Source: Candidatus Marinamargulisbacteria bacterium (GTDB taxonomy: Bacteria > Margulisbacteria > Marinamargulisbacteria > UBA817). From it: a stretch of DNA of 64,000 bases. Both the position numbers and the translations under genes were made by a program. The notes beneath the pieces were generated by a model. That model worked only from the letters and a program-made list of their open reading frames with translations, was not told where the DNA came from and searched no databases. Below, piece by piece: positions 10,246-21,050 of the stretch (positions within the stretch are counted from its first letter, which is position 1; each line of letters begins with the position of its first letter). The stretch covers positions 2,897-66,896 of the forward strand of contig JALQXX010000004.1 in NCBI GenBank assembly GCA_023262965.1, read 5' to 3'.

Positions 10246-11274
10246 TTAAAAACCCACTGCCACCGAAGCGGATAGTATCCCCTCCGACGCCTCATCTGCT
10301 TGGGTTTGAACAGCATAGTCCATTTTATAAACCAAGGTGGATGTTGGACGAATAGCCATACCTAGCGACAATCGGTTTTTATGGCCTTTTTGATCATCGG
10401 AGGCCACCAAATCTACCCATTCTATGCGTGCCAATGCATAAATAGGCAATCCAATCCAAGCGGCCATATTGTAGCGCGCACCCACGGTATACCCATTGGC
10501 ATTATTGTTATAGCCATCAGAATACCATGCAGCTTCCATATGCGCCTGCCATGGCCCACGCGTGTATACCGTATCCAATCCTGTTAATAATTGCTGTGAC
10601 GATCCATAATACGTGCTAAACCCAAACGAGCTATTGATTGTCGGGGACATATTCATCCGAGCAACAAACGCCTTAGCGGTATCCGTATCCGTTTTAAAAT
10701 TGGGTCGCATACCCCGAAGCCCCTTTGTTTCAGAAAACGTATTCTCATGATCCAGTCCATTAACAACATAGACCTCATACCCCACCTCCGCATCCTGAAT
10801 ATCCACCGTCCCCCATCCCCCGACTCCCGTATCCACCCATGTAGTGGGTATCACATAGGTATTCACCAATGATCGGGCCGTATAATCCCGTAAATCCGAA
10901 TCATGAGCATTGTTGAGCCGTCCCACCGGAACCAAAATCATACCGGTTCGAATCGTCAACCAATCACTGGTTTTATAATCCACCCATGCCTGCTCAATTT
11001 TAATTTCCCCTTTTTGATTTGTGGATGAATCATTGGTGACCGCACCACCGTACTCATACTCGACCTCTGAGTTAAACAACACATTTTCCGCCAATTGCGC
11101 CCCTACCTGTATCACCAAGCGGTGCGCCCTAAAGGTTGATACCGTATCATCCGAAATAAACTCCATATCCATATACCCACCAACCTGCGTGCGATGGATG
11201 GGCCTATCGTATACCGTAATGGCCTCCAATCCCACTGAAATAATGGCTAAAACAAGCACAAATACATACGCCAT
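10246..11274 (-). CDS. Outer-membrane beta-barrel (porin-like) protein
   Basis: 342 aa with a signal peptide (MAYVFVLVLAIISVGLEA), alternating hydrophobic strands throughout and a C-terminal ...SASVAVGF ending in Phe, typical of OMPs. Confidence 0.6.
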   Translation of the reverse strand: MAYVFVLVLAIISVGLEAITVYDRPIHRTQVGGYMDMEFISDDTVSTFRAHRLVIQVGAQLAENVLFNSEVEYEYGGAVTNDSSTNQKGEIKIEQAWVDYKTSDWLTIRTGMILVPVGRLNNAHDSDLRDYTARSLVNTYVIPTTWVDTGVGGWGTVDIQDAEVGYEVYVVNGLDHENTFSETKGLRGMRPNFKTDTDTAKAFVARMNMSPTINSSFGFSTYYGSSQQLLTGLDTVYTRGPWQAHMEAAWYSDGYNNNANGYTVGARYNMAAWIGLPIYALARIEWVDLVASDDQKGHKNRLSLGMAIRPTSTLVYKMDYAVQTQADEASEGILSASVAVGF

Positions 11275-11417
11275 ATAAACCGCCTTTCTTAATGCATTTA
11301 ATTGATACTAAGTATCAGTATTAAAATACTCTCATGATTTTTGAATTGTGTAAATACCCTCGTTAACAAATAAACGAAAATGTGATTGACTATACAGTTA
11401 GGAGGTAACCAACGTTT

Positions 11418-11915
11418 ATGCTGACATTTTCATTAGCCACAGATGACGATTTTGATGCCATATGGCCTATTTTTCATGCGGTTGTTCAATCTGGGACCAC
11501 CTATGTTTATGCCCCCACCACATCCAAAGAATCTGCCCATACAATTTGGATGGAGCAGCCGCGCCAAACCTATATTGCCCGAAATGCTGAAAATAAGGTG
11601 GTTGGCACGTATTACATTCAAGAAAACCGACCCGATTTAGGCAATCATATTTGCCGCTGCGGATTTATGGTATCACCGGATTTTCGCAAGCAAGGGGTTG
11701 GGCAAGCACTGTGTGAACATTCACTTGTAACGGCACTTACCCTTGGATTTCGCGCCATGCAGTTTAGCTATGTTGTATCCACCAATCATGCCGCCATTCG
11801 CCTATGGTTAAAAATGGGATTTACCCATATTGGGACGGTTCCGAATGGATTTCGTCACGCCGTGTTGGGGTACGTGGATATTTGGATTATGTACAAATCC
11901 TTAACGGATAGCTAA
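11418..11915 (+). CDS. GNAT family N-acetyltransferase
   Basis: 165 aa with the acetyl-CoA binding motif FRKQGVGQAL. Confidence 0.8.
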   Translation: MLTFSLATDDDFDAIWPIFHAVVQSGTTYVYAPTTSKESAHTIWMEQPRQTYIARNAENKVVGTYYIQENRPDLGNHICRCGFMVSPDFRKQGVGQALCEHSLVTALTLGFRAMQFSYVVSTNHAAIRLWLKMGFTHIGTVPNGFRHAVLGYVDIWIMYKSLTDS

Positions 11916-13517
11916 TACTTTCTCTTGATAGGTTTTATTGTGAACAAAATCCTCAAATCCACCCATATAATCCACATAACCTTTGGGCGAAACTTCAATA
12001 ATCCGTGTGGCTACCGTTGATAACAATTCCACATCATGGGTTGCAAATATCATGACTTCTGAAAACTGATTGAACCCATCATTTAATGCGGATATCGCCT
12101 CCAAATCCAAGTGGTCGGTTGGTTCATCAAACAATAACACATTGCCTTGCTGAACCATCATCCGTGCAAACATCGCCCGTGCTTTCTCGCCTCCCGATAA
12201 CACCGAAACGGACTTCAGGGCATCATCCCCAGAAAACAACATACGTCCCAAATACCCACGAATGGTTTGCAAATCCACGGAAACATCCACCGCTTGCAGC
12301 CATTCCAATAGGGTATCGTTGGTACTAAAATACGCACTATTATCTTTGGGGAAGTAGGTATGGGTGGTTGTCTCTCCCCATTCAACCGTACCGGAATCGG
12401 GAATAATGTCCCCAGCTAAAATACCCAAAAGGGTGGTTTTTGACAACGACTGCATCCCCGTTAATGCCACTTTTTGACCCCGTTCAATTGAAAAGCTCAC
12501 ATTTTTTAATACAGTCACCCCATCAACCGCGTGCGAGACGTTGCGTATAGACACAATCTTCGTACCGCATTTACGATTCGGTGTAAACTGAATAAAAGGG
12601 GATCGTCGTTTGGACTCCGGCAATTCATCAGGCCGCAACTGTTCAATTAATTTTTTGCGCGATGTGGCCTGTTTGGACTTGGACGCATTTGCCGAAAATC
12701 GACGCACAAAATCTTCCAATTCTTTAATCTTTTGCTCCGACTTTTTATTTTTTTCTTCTTGCTGATGACGAAATAATTCACTGGATTGTTTCCAAAAATC
12801 GTAATTACCTGGATAAATTTTAACATTTCCGAAATCAACATCCGCAATATGCGTGCACACTTTGTTAAGAAAATGTCGATCATGGGATACCACAATAACC
12901 GTTTTTTCGTATTGAATAATTTTTTCCTCTAGCCATAATGCTGTATGATAATCCAGCTGGTTGGTGGGCTCGTCCAATAGCAATACATCCGGATTACCAA
13001 AAAGCGCTTGGCCCAACAATACGCGAACCTTTTGACTCGCATCCAACTGATTCATTTTTTGCATATGATAGTCGTTTGGTATCCCCAATTCATCCAGCAA
13101 GCTGGCCGCTTGTGCCTCTTTTTCATACCCATCCATATCATTGTAATCCGCTTCATATTGGGCCACAGCCATGCCATCGGCCTCACTCATTTCAGGTAAG
13201 GCATAAATCCGATTTCGCTCAGCATAACACGCATATAATGGCTTGTCGCCCATAATAATCGTATCCAAAACCGTGTGGTCATCAAATTGAAATTGGTTCT
13301 GATTTAACATAGACAATGTGGTCTGTTTATCTTTCGCCACATGCCCTTCTGTAGAGGCCATTTCTCCATACAAAATTTTTAAAAGCGTGGACTTACCAGC
13401 ACCGTTTGCACCAATTAACCCATAACAATTTCCGGGCGAAAATTCAACGCAAACATTTTCAAATAATTTTTTCTTTCCAAAAGAAACGCCTAAATTAACG
13501 GTTGCTAACATTTTCAA
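11901..13517 (-). CDS. ABC-F family ATPase (two ABC domains, no TM domain; YbiT/EttA-like)
   Basis: 538 aa with two Walker A sites (GANGAGKST; GMQSLSKTT, degenerate), signatures LDASQKVRV and LSGGEKAR, and a charged linker (QQEEKNKKSEQKIKELEDFVRRF). Confidence 0.85.
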   Translation of the reverse strand: MKMLATVNLGVSFGKKKLFENVCVEFSPGNCYGLIGANGAGKSTLLKILYGEMASTEGHVAKDKQTTLSMLNQNQFQFDDHTVLDTIIMGDKPLYACYAERNRIYALPEMSEADGMAVAQYEADYNDMDGYEKEAQAASLLDELGIPNDYHMQKMNQLDASQKVRVLLGQALFGNPDVLLLDEPTNQLDYHTALWLEEKIIQYEKTVIVVSHDRHFLNKVCTHIADVDFGNVKIYPGNYDFWKQSSELFRHQQEEKNKKSEQKIKELEDFVRRFSANASKSKQATSRKKLIEQLRPDELPESKRRSPFIQFTPNRKCGTKIVSIRNVSHAVDGVTVLKNVSFSIERGQKVALTGMQSLSKTTLLGILAGDIIPDSGTVEWGETTTHTYFPKDNSAYFSTNDTLLEWLQAVDVSVDLQTIRGYLGRMLFSGDDALKSVSVLSGGEKARAMFARMMVQQGNVLLFDEPTDHLDLEAISALNDGFNQFSEVMIFATHDVELLSTVATRIIEVSPKGYVDYMGGFEDFVHNKTYQEKVLAIR

Positions 13518-13680
13518 TCTCCATTCATCATACTCCTAACTATCAATGCTATAAGCATACTAAATGTCACACTCACTCACAAGACATGGCGTATTTATGG
13601 GCCAATATGTCCATTTTTTAATCACATAACCTGGCATATGGCTGTGATAGAAATTGTTATTAGAAACGGAGGATTATTAT

Positions 13681-16269
13681 ATGCATTCATTATCACTAAC
13701 CCAAAAAGCTCACGCGGTATTAGACCATGCGGCTCAATTGAGTACTCGCAAGCGGCATACTCACATTGAGCCATTGCACATATCGATTGGGTTAATGACG
13801 GTATCGGATACCATCATTACCCCCCTACTCGATTCTATTACTAAACATCGATCCAAAATGGCGACAACATTAACACAATCGCTCGAATCATTGCCCACAT
13901 TGCATCATGCCCCGGACACCGCGACTCTAAGTTCTGCTAGTCAAGCCAGTATCACAGCCGCACAATCCCTGGCTCAAAAAATGGGGGATGCCTACATTAG
14001 TTGTGAACACCTCTTGCTGGGGATATTGCAATCCGACACCACCATTCGTGACATTGCCGCTACGTATGGGGTAACCCAAGCCGCCATTATGCCGGTACTG
14101 CACACCATCCGTGGCACCAATCCGATTACAACCGATACCCCCGAAACACACACCAATTTATTGGCACGATTCACCATTGATATCACTCAAAAGGCGCGCG
14201 ATGGAAAGCTGGACCCTGTGATTGGCCGAGATGACGATAGCCGTCGCATTATTCAAATTTTGGCCCGAAGAAACAAAAATAATCCCATTTTAATTGGGGA
14301 GCCCGGCGTCGGAAAAACCGCCCTGATTGAGGGATTGGCTCAACGAATTGCCTCCGGAGATGTTCCAGACATACTTAAAAACAAAACGGTGCTATCGTTG
14401 GATATGAGTGGCCTTGTTGCCGGTGCTAAATACCGCGGGGAATTCGAAGAGCGGTTAAAACAGATTATTCATGATATTCAAGAGAACGGAAATAGTATTT
14501 TATTTATTGATGAAGTTCACACCATTATGAAAGCCGGTGGCGGGGAAGGCAGTATTGATGCCGCCAACATTCTAAAGCCAGCCCTTGCACGTGGCGAACT
14601 GCATTGCATTGGGGCAACAACACTCAATGAATACCGATTGCATATTGAAAAAGATGCCGCAATTGAACGTCGATTCCAACCCGTATATGTATCGGAACCC
14701 TCAACCGAGGACGCCATTGCTATTTTGCGAGGCATTAAAGAAAAATATGAAATTCATCATGGCATAAAAATTCTAGACGAAGCCATTATTGCCGCGGTTG
14801 AACTATCCAAACGGTACATTACGGATCGATTTTTACCGGATAAGGCCATAGATTTGATGGATGAAGCCGGTGCCAAATTGCGTATGACAATCGATAGCAT
14901 GCCCGAAGCCATCGATGATCGTAATCGAAAAGTCATTCAACTCGAAATCGAACGTCAAGCAATCATGAAAGATAATCACCCGTCATCTGACAAGAAATTA
15001 ACGGATATTGATGCGGCTTTATCGCAAGCAAAAGACGATCTACGTCGTTTAAAGGCTATTTGGGAAAATGAAAAACAACACCTTTATCGTATTCGCACCC
15101 TCAAAGAAACCATTGAGCAACTCAAACACACCGAGCTCATGGAACAGCGCGCGGGAAACTACGAAGCGGCATCCATCATCCGGTTTAAAGAACGGCCTGA
15201 AGCGGAGGCGGCGTTGGCACAATCTACCGCAGAAGCCACTAGCCGTCACAACCAATTTTTAAAAGAAATGGTCGATGAACATGACATTGCCGATATTGTC
15301 TCCAAATGGACAGGTATTCCTTTAACCAAATTGACCGCCACAACCCATGACAACCTACGCGATGCGTATGATTATTTGCGGAAACGCGTAATTGGCCAAG
15401 ATGCGGCCGTTCGGGTGGTATCGGATGCCATTATTCGATCACATGCCGGCTTAAATGACCCCAACCAACCCATTGGTTCGTTCTTATTTTTAGGGCCAAC
15501 CGGGGTTGGAAAAACCGAGCTAGCCAAATCATTAGCGCATTTATTATTTGATTCTGAAACGCATTTAGTGCGTATTGATATGAGCGAGTATACCGAAAAG
15601 CACAGTGTCGCACGGCTCATTGGCTCCCCACCTGGCTACGTGGGTCACGATCAGGGCGGCCAATTGACCGAAGCGGTTCGTCGTCGCCCTTATTCCTTAC
15701 TACTATTTGACGAAATTGAAAAAGCCCACCCTGACGTTCACCCGATTTTGCTGCAAGTACTAGATGATGGTCATTTGACCGATGGCCAAGGACGTCATGT
15801 GGATTTTAAAAACACCGTGATTATTATGACATCCAATATTGCAAGTGAGGCTATATTAGCCCAATCCCCTAACTGTAAGGCCATTATTCAAGCGGCATTA
15901 CAACGGCATTTCAAACCCGAGTTTTTAAACCGTATTGATGATATTGCCGTATTTAATCCACTGGATAACCAAGCGCTTATTCCCATTTTGGATATGCAAC
16001 TTGATCGAACACAAGCACTGCTTAAAGGCGATGACATTCAATTGCATGTAACCGATGCCGCGAAGGCCTGGCTCATTAAACATGGCGTTGATCCACTCAA
16101 CGGGGCACGTCCATTAAAACGGCTAATCAAACATCGTATTCACACCGAGTTGGCCAAACAACGCATAAATCAGGTATTAATGCCGCATCACATAGTGACT
16201 ATTGACGCGCTACATGACGATTTATTCATAACACCTTCCGATCCGAATCGTGATTCAAAAAAGACCTAA
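13681..16269 (+). CDS. clpB: Chaperone disaggregase ClpB
   Basis: Two AAA+ modules ([18 protein letters not shown]) and a long middle coiled coil. The start is taken at ATG 13681, preceded by GGAGG; the track ORF starts at TTG 13654. Confidence 0.95.
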   Translation: MHSLSLTQKAHAVLDHAAQLSTRKRHTHIEPLHISIGLMTVSDTIITPLLDSITKHRSKMATTLTQSLESLPTLHHAPDTATLSSASQASITAAQSLAQKMGDAYISCEHLLLGILQSDTTIRDIAATYGVTQAAIMPVLHTIRGTNPITTDTPETHTNLLARFTIDITQKARDGKLDPVIGRDDDSRRIIQILARRNKNNPILIGEPGVGKTALIEGLAQRIASGDVPDILKNKTVLSLDMSGLVAGAKYRGEFEERLKQIIHDIQENGNSILFIDEVHTIMKAGGGEGSIDAANILKPALARGELHCIGATTLNEYRLHIEKDAAIERRFQPVYVSEPSTEDAIAILRGIKEKYEIHHGIKILDEAIIAAVELSKRYITDRFLPDKAIDLMDEAGAKLRMTIDSMPEAIDDRNRKVIQLEIERQAIMKDNHPSSDKKLTDIDAALSQAKDDLRRLKAIWENEKQHLYRIRTLKETIEQLKHTELMEQRAGNYEAASIIRFKERPEAEAALAQSTAEATSRHNQFLKEMVDEHDIADIVSKWTGIPLTKLTATTHDNLRDAYDYLRKRVIGQDAAVRVVSDAIIRSHAGLNDPNQPIGSFLFLGPTGVGKTELAKSLAHLLFDSETHLVRIDMSEYTEKHSVARLIGSPPGYVGHDQGGQLTEAVRRRPYSLLLFDEIEKAHPDVHPILLQVLDDGHLTDGQGRHVDFKNTVIIMTSNIASEAILAQSPNCKAIIQAALQRHFKPEFLNRIDDIAVFNPLDNQALIPILDMQLDRTQALLKGDDIQLHVTDAAKAWLIKHGVDPLNGARPLKRLIKHRIHTELAKQRINQVLMPHHIVTIDALHDDLFITPSDPNRDSKKT

Positions 16270-16357
16270 ATTATAGCTAGTCATTTGCCCATTTTTCGAC
16301 TAAAATGGTCCCATAAACAGTTATTATTGACTATTAATACTATTATAGAGGTGCATT

Positions 16358-16969
16358 ATGACAACACTAAAAAAAGAATCTGAATTGGAACTACCTGCCA
16401 TATTAAAAAAAGACTCCGAATCGGGCAAAAAATTTGCCAAAGCCATTCGAAACGAAGGGAATGTGCCAGCTGTTATTTACGGTCAGAAAAAACCCCCTGT
16501 TGCCATATCGCTTGATCCGGTTTATTTGGTTAAGCAACTCAACGCGAGCGATTACAAGCGCAATCAAATTTTTGTGATCACCATTGACGGTGCCCAATCC
16601 GAGCGTGTTATTGCCAAAGATATTAATGTTAATCCCGTAAACAATCAGTTCATTCATGTTGATTTTTTGCGTGTAAACGATAACGATCCCATTCAAGTGA
16701 ATATCCCCGTTCGCACAAATGGTATATCCGCTGGTCAGCGTTTGGGCGGGGTTTTGGTACGTCCTAAATCAGCTGTCTTGATTGAGTGTTTACCCCAAGA
16801 TATTCCCGTTGAAATTGTTGTGGATGTTACGGATTTAAAAATTGGTGAGAACATTCGGACGCATCAGTTATCCGTATCGGGTTCTCAAAAAGTAATATCC
16901 AACCCTAACGATATCTTGATTAAAATTGAATCAACAAAATTGTCAAAAGCGGCAACAGCTGAATCGTAG
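16358..16969 (+). CDS. rplY: 50S ribosomal protein L25 / Ctc (long form)
   Basis: 203 aa with IRNEGNVPAVIYG and the VNPVNNQFIHVDFLRV pattern typical of Ctc-type L25. Confidence 0.88.
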   Translation: MTTLKKESELELPAILKKDSESGKKFAKAIRNEGNVPAVIYGQKKPPVAISLDPVYLVKQLNASDYKRNQIFVITIDGAQSERVIAKDINVNPVNNQFIHVDFLRVNDNDPIQVNIPVRTNGISAGQRLGGVLVRPKSAVLIECLPQDIPVEIVVDVTDLKIGENIRTHQLSVSGSQKVISNPNDILIKIESTKLSKAATAES

Positions 16970-16996
16970 TTATTCCTTTTATTAAATCACATAAAA

Positions 16997-17030
16997 GCCC
17001 TCTTATTTATGGATAAGAAGGCTTTTTTAT
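16997..17030. terminator. Candidate bidirectional intrinsic terminator between convergent rplY and rpoD
   Basis: GCCCTCTTAT (16997-17006) pairs with ATAAGAAGGC (17013-17022) with one mismatch. TTTTTTATTT follows on the plus strand and TTTTAT on the minus strand. A second 7-bp hairpin ACCGTTT/AAACGGT lies at 17038-17054. Confidence 0.6.
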
Positions 17031-17129
17031 TTAAGAAACCGTTTCAAAAACGGTATGATTGTTTTATGCCTAACTCAAAAATAATTGCAGGCTTATATTG
17101 TCACCAATAATACCAAATGTTTTACAAGA

Positions 17130-18221
17130 CTAACTTGAGAACAAAAACTCTTTATATTGATCGAGATTCATTTTTCGATTGGGATGCTTAAGCTTTCGAA
17201 TCGCTTTTTCTTCAATCTGACGAATACGTTCCCGTGTAACATTATACACTTTACCGACTTCTTCCAATGTTCGAGGGCGACCATCATCAAAGCCAAATCG
17301 CAATTTTAAAATCATTTGCTCCCGTTCAGTTAAAACCTTCATCAACTTAATCAACTCATCCCGTAATATGGATCGTGATGATAACATTTCCGGTGACTCC
17401 ATATTTTTATCTTCTAAAAAATCCCCCAACTGTGATGACTCTTCATCACCAATAGGCATCTCTAATGACAATGGGACCTGAGAATACTTTCGGATCGCCA
17501 TAATATTTTCTAACGATATGTCGGATCGTTCAGATACTTCTTCTTCAGTGGGACGACGTCCCAACTCTTGCATAAGAACACGTGAAATTTTTTTGACTTT
17601 ATAAATGGTTTCAACCATGTGAACGGGAACTCGAATGGTCCGCGACTGATCCGCAATAGCACGGGTAATCCCTTGTTTAATCCACCACGTCGCATAGGTT
17701 GAAAATTTAAATCCTTTGGTATAATCAAACTTTTCAGCAGCCCGAATCAATCCCGTATTTCCTTCTTGAATCAAATCCAAAAACAACAGACCCTGTCCGG
17801 TGTATTTTTTGGCAATCGAAACCACCAATCGTAAATTTGCATTAATGAGCTTTTTTTTGGAGACGACACATCCTTCAGCAACACGTTTGGCCAAATCAAT
17901 CTCTTCCTCTGCTTTTAATAATTTGATCATTCCAATTTCACGCAGATACATTTTAACGGAGTCATCAATGTCACCACGATCCATATCGTCCATATCGGAA
18001 TTTGATGAGCTACCCTTGGATTTGGATAATTTGCGTTTTGGAACAATCGTAATATCGCCCAAGGCCAATACTTCATCAATTTCATTAATATTATCCTCAG
18101 GATTTTCAACTGTCTTCAAAATATCATCGGCGGTAATAAATCCGTCTGTAACCAAACCTTGAACACTCGATGCCAGGCTCTCTTTTTTATTTTCAATAAT
18201 ATCAGATGATTGATATGCCAT
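17130..18221 (-). CDS. rpoD: RNA polymerase primary sigma factor (sigma-70)
   Basis: Region 2-4 motifs are present: [56 protein letters not shown]. The start is taken at ATG 18221, preceded by AAGAGG; the track ORF starts at 18239. Confidence 0.95.
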   Translation of the reverse strand: MAYQSSDIIENKKESLASSVQGLVTDGFITADDILKTVENPEDNINEIDEVLALGDITIVPKRKLSKSKGSSSNSDMDDMDRGDIDDSVKMYLREIGMIKLLKAEEEIDLAKRVAEGCVVSKKKLINANLRLVVSIAKKYTGQGLLFLDLIQEGNTGLIRAAEKFDYTKGFKFSTYATWWIKQGITRAIADQSRTIRVPVHMVETIYKVKKISRVLMQELGRRPTEEEVSERSDISLENIMAIRKYSQVPLSLEMPIGDEESSQLGDFLEDKNMESPEMLSSRSILRDELIKLMKVLTEREQMILKLRFGFDDGRPRTLEEVGKVYNVTRERIRQIEEKAIRKLKHPNRKMNLDQYKEFLFSS

Positions 18222-18350
18222 TTTTAAACCTCTTTCCATTACTTAGTTGCACATGTAATGCTATAAGATATCGTATCAAAATTGTTTCGTTTTTCAAGCA
18301 TTTTTTTTTGCAATTCTAAACCAACTCATATGTGATACAATAACCATGTA

Positions 18351-19115
18351 ATGATATCGTATGTTGGACAGCACATATTTCACAAAGCTCACGCGTTTGG
18401 CGAGTTTATGTATTTTTCCTACGACATTTTCAAAGCGATTGTATGGGGCAAACTACGTTTTAAAAACATCGTTCACCAAATGGTTTGTTTGGGCATTGAA
18501 TCGTTACCTGTTGTTAGTATTACCATCTTATTTAGTGGCATGGCATTTGGCATTCAGATTGTAAAAGAATTGTTGCGCTTTGGGGCCCCTGATTTAGTCG
18601 GGGGTGTTATGGCACTTGCGTTGTGGCGAGAACTATCCCCGTTACTAACCGGCATTGTTTTAGCCGGTCGCGTTGGGGCATTTATTACAGCAGAAATTGG
18701 TGCAATGAAAGTAAATGAACAAATTGATGCGTTAATGGTAATGGGGCAAGATCCCATCGCATACTTGGCCGCACCACGATTAGTGGCGATCCTTTTTTTT
18801 GGGCCGTTATTGGTTGGATTTGCTGATATTATTGGTGTAATCGGTGGTTTATTAGTCGCTCTTTCTAGCAATGCGGTTAGCTATACCAGTTTTTTTACAT
18901 CCGCAAATGTTATGCTGGGATCCTTCGATATTATATCAGGCCTTATAAAAGCAATTGTTTTTTCAATAATTATTGGATTAAATGCCACCTACCTTGGTTT
19001 TTGTGTCAAAGACGGATCCCACGATGTGGGTGCAAAAACAACCATAGGTGTTGTTAGAAACATTACCCTTATTTTCATACTAAACTATATTATTTCGGCG
19101 ATCCTATTTGGCTAA
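18351..19115 (+). CDS. mlaE: Mla-type ABC transporter permease
   Basis: 254 aa, polytopic, MlaE-like (ELSPLLTGIVLAGRVGAFITAEIGAMKVNEQIDAL). Confidence 0.88.
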   Translation: MISYVGQHIFHKAHAFGEFMYFSYDIFKAIVWGKLRFKNIVHQMVCLGIESLPVVSITILFSGMAFGIQIVKELLRFGAPDLVGGVMALALWRELSPLLTGIVLAGRVGAFITAEIGAMKVNEQIDALMVMGQDPIAYLAAPRLVAILFFGPLLVGFADIIGVIGGLLVALSSNAVSYTSFFTSANVMLGSFDIISGLIKAIVFSIIIGLNATYLGFCVKDGSHDVGAKTTIGVVRNITLIFILNYIISAILFG

Positions 19116-19837
19116 TGATTGTTATCAGTAATCTATCCCAATCATTTGGTTCAAATCAGACTCTATTTAAAAACGTCAGTTTAACAGCAAATAACAACCA
19201 AACCGTGGCCTTAATTGGTCGATCCGGGTGTGGCAAAAGCACCATTCTGCGGTATATTTTGGGGTTACGAAAACCCAGTAGCGGCCGCATTACTGTAGGC
19301 GGCGTTGATGTTGGACTGTTGAGCAAATCCGAATTGTACGCGTTTCGTTTAAAAATTGGGATGCTGTTTCAATCATCTGCTTTATTTGATTCTTTAAATA
19401 TTGAAGAAAACGTTGCTTTTCCGTTAATTGAGAATTATGGCATCACATTAGATCAAGCACGCAACAAGGTTAACGATGTGCTGGACATGGTTGAACTAAA
19501 CGACATCAATACCAAAATGCTGTATCAATTGTCGGGTGGCCAGCAAAAACGGGTTGCACTAGCGCGTGCTATTATCACGGAACCGCGATACCTGCTTTTA
19601 GATGAACCCACATCTGGATTAGATCCAATCACCGCTCGAACAATTGAAAATCTGATTGTCACATTAACGACATCGCTAAAAACAACGTGTTTAATTGTAT
19701 CACACGATCGTAGCACCATACTGAGAACCGCCCACACGATTTATATGATCCACGATCATGGGTTGCTAGATCCCGTAACACCCGATACAATACACGAATC
19801 AGAGAATTATGTGGTTCATGAATTTTTAATGGCGTAA
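19115..19837 (+). CDS. mlaF: Mla-type ABC transporter ATP-binding protein
   Basis: 240 aa with Walker A GRSGCGKST, signature LSGGQQKRV and Walker B LLLDEP. Its start overlaps the mlaE stop. Confidence 0.88.
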   Translation: MIVISNLSQSFGSNQTLFKNVSLTANNNQTVALIGRSGCGKSTILRYILGLRKPSSGRITVGGVDVGLLSKSELYAFRLKIGMLFQSSALFDSLNIEENVAFPLIENYGITLDQARNKVNDVLDMVELNDINTKMLYQLSGGQQKRVALARAIITEPRYLLLDEPTSGLDPITARTIENLIVTLTTSLKTTCLIVSHDRSTILRTAHTIYMIHDHGLLDPVTPDTIHESENYVVHEFLMA

Positions 19838-19838
19838 A

Positions 19839-21050
19839 ATGACAAATCGAAATTATATATATGTTGGCTTTGTATCTATCGCTCTGTTTGCGTGTATTGC
19901 CGTCTTAATGCTGTGGAAATCCAATGTTGTTAATCATATGTCCAGTTACTCGTTGAAAGGGCATTTTCAAACAGTCAATGGGCTACTGCCCCAAGCCGTT
20001 GTTAAATATCGTGGGTATACTGTTGGGCGCGTTACCGCTATTGTACCCACTCCCACCCAAATTATTGTGCATTTTTATGTGCATTCTCAACACAGCATTC
20101 CCCAAGGATCCTCCCTTAAAATTGTTTTTGAGGGTCTTGTTGGTGAAAAATACATTGAAATTATTCCAAATACAGAATCCTCCGAATGGTTAGCCCCCGG
20201 TTCCGTTTTGATGGGCACATCATCGTCAGGGTTATCCGATTTTATTGATATTGGGACCAATAACCTACTGGAACTTCAAAAGATACTCACATCTATTGCT
20301 GTAGTATTCGGCGATGTATCGGTTGCAGAAGCGTTGAAAGATACGGTTCACACCATGCAAGAAACAACACAAACATTAAATAAAGTCATTAACAACATCT
20401 CAGTAGCCCTAGCATCTGACCAGTATCAATCCATTATAATGACATTAAATGAGGTCTTAGCAAAACTTAATACAGCAATTGATTCAGATGATATAACAAA
20501 AACACTGTCTAATTTTAAAGATATTTCTGAAGATTTGAAAAAAATAACAGATGACGGTGCTCTAGAAAGCGCTGTGTTTTCAACGTTAAATGAAACAAAA
20601 TCCACATTCAAGCAGTCCAATACGTTTTTGTCCACTCTTCGTAATATTCGATTTCTAACAAATATGGAGCTTGGTTATCTACCGGATTCATACAACGCAA
20701 TGTACTTGATTAATATTAATTTTTATTTGAATACATCGTTTGTTGCATTTGGAATCAGTAATTATTTGGATAAAGATCAGCTATTGAATGCCACCATTTA
20801 TTCACATATTTACAAATCAATATGGATGAATTATGGGTTTATGCATCAAAATTTAAGTATGGGATTGTCCTATATCTCGCCTGACAACCGGTATTCCAGC
20901 CATTTGTTTTTATACGATTTAAATAATTTGGGGGTTGATTTTAAAATTTACTATCAGTTATTCAAATCATTTTATGTAACCGCGGGATTTTATGAGATCA
21001 ATAAGCCATCTGAATCCGGATACCTTGGTTTATCGTTGGACTTTTTATGA
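19839..21050 (+). CDS. mlaD: Long MCE-domain protein (MlaD-like) with a helical extension and a beta-rich C-terminal domain
   Basis: 403 aa, versus about 180 aa for E. coli MlaD. It has an N-terminal TM helix, an MCE core (VKYRGYTVGRVTAI), a helical region at about residues 150-270, and a Y/F/N-rich alternating segment from about residue 270 that ends ...GYLGLSLDFL. Confidence 0.75.
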   Translation: MTNRNYIYVGFVSIALFACIAVLMLWKSNVVNHMSSYSLKGHFQTVNGLLPQAVVKYRGYTVGRVTAIVPTPTQIIVHFYVHSQHSIPQGSSLKIVFEGLVGEKYIEIIPNTESSEWLAPGSVLMGTSSSGLSDFIDIGTNNLLELQKILTSIAVVFGDVSVAEALKDTVHTMQETTQTLNKVINNISVALASDQYQSIIMTLNEVLAKLNTAIDSDDITKTLSNFKDISEDLKKITDDGALESAVFSTLNETKSTFKQSNTFLSTLRNIRFLTNMELGYLPDSYNAMYLININFYLNTSFVAFGISNYLDKDQLLNATIYSHIYKSIWMNYGFMHQNLSMGLSYISPDNRYSSHLFLYDLNNLGVDFKIYYQLFKSFYVTAGFYEINKPSESGYLGLSLDFL

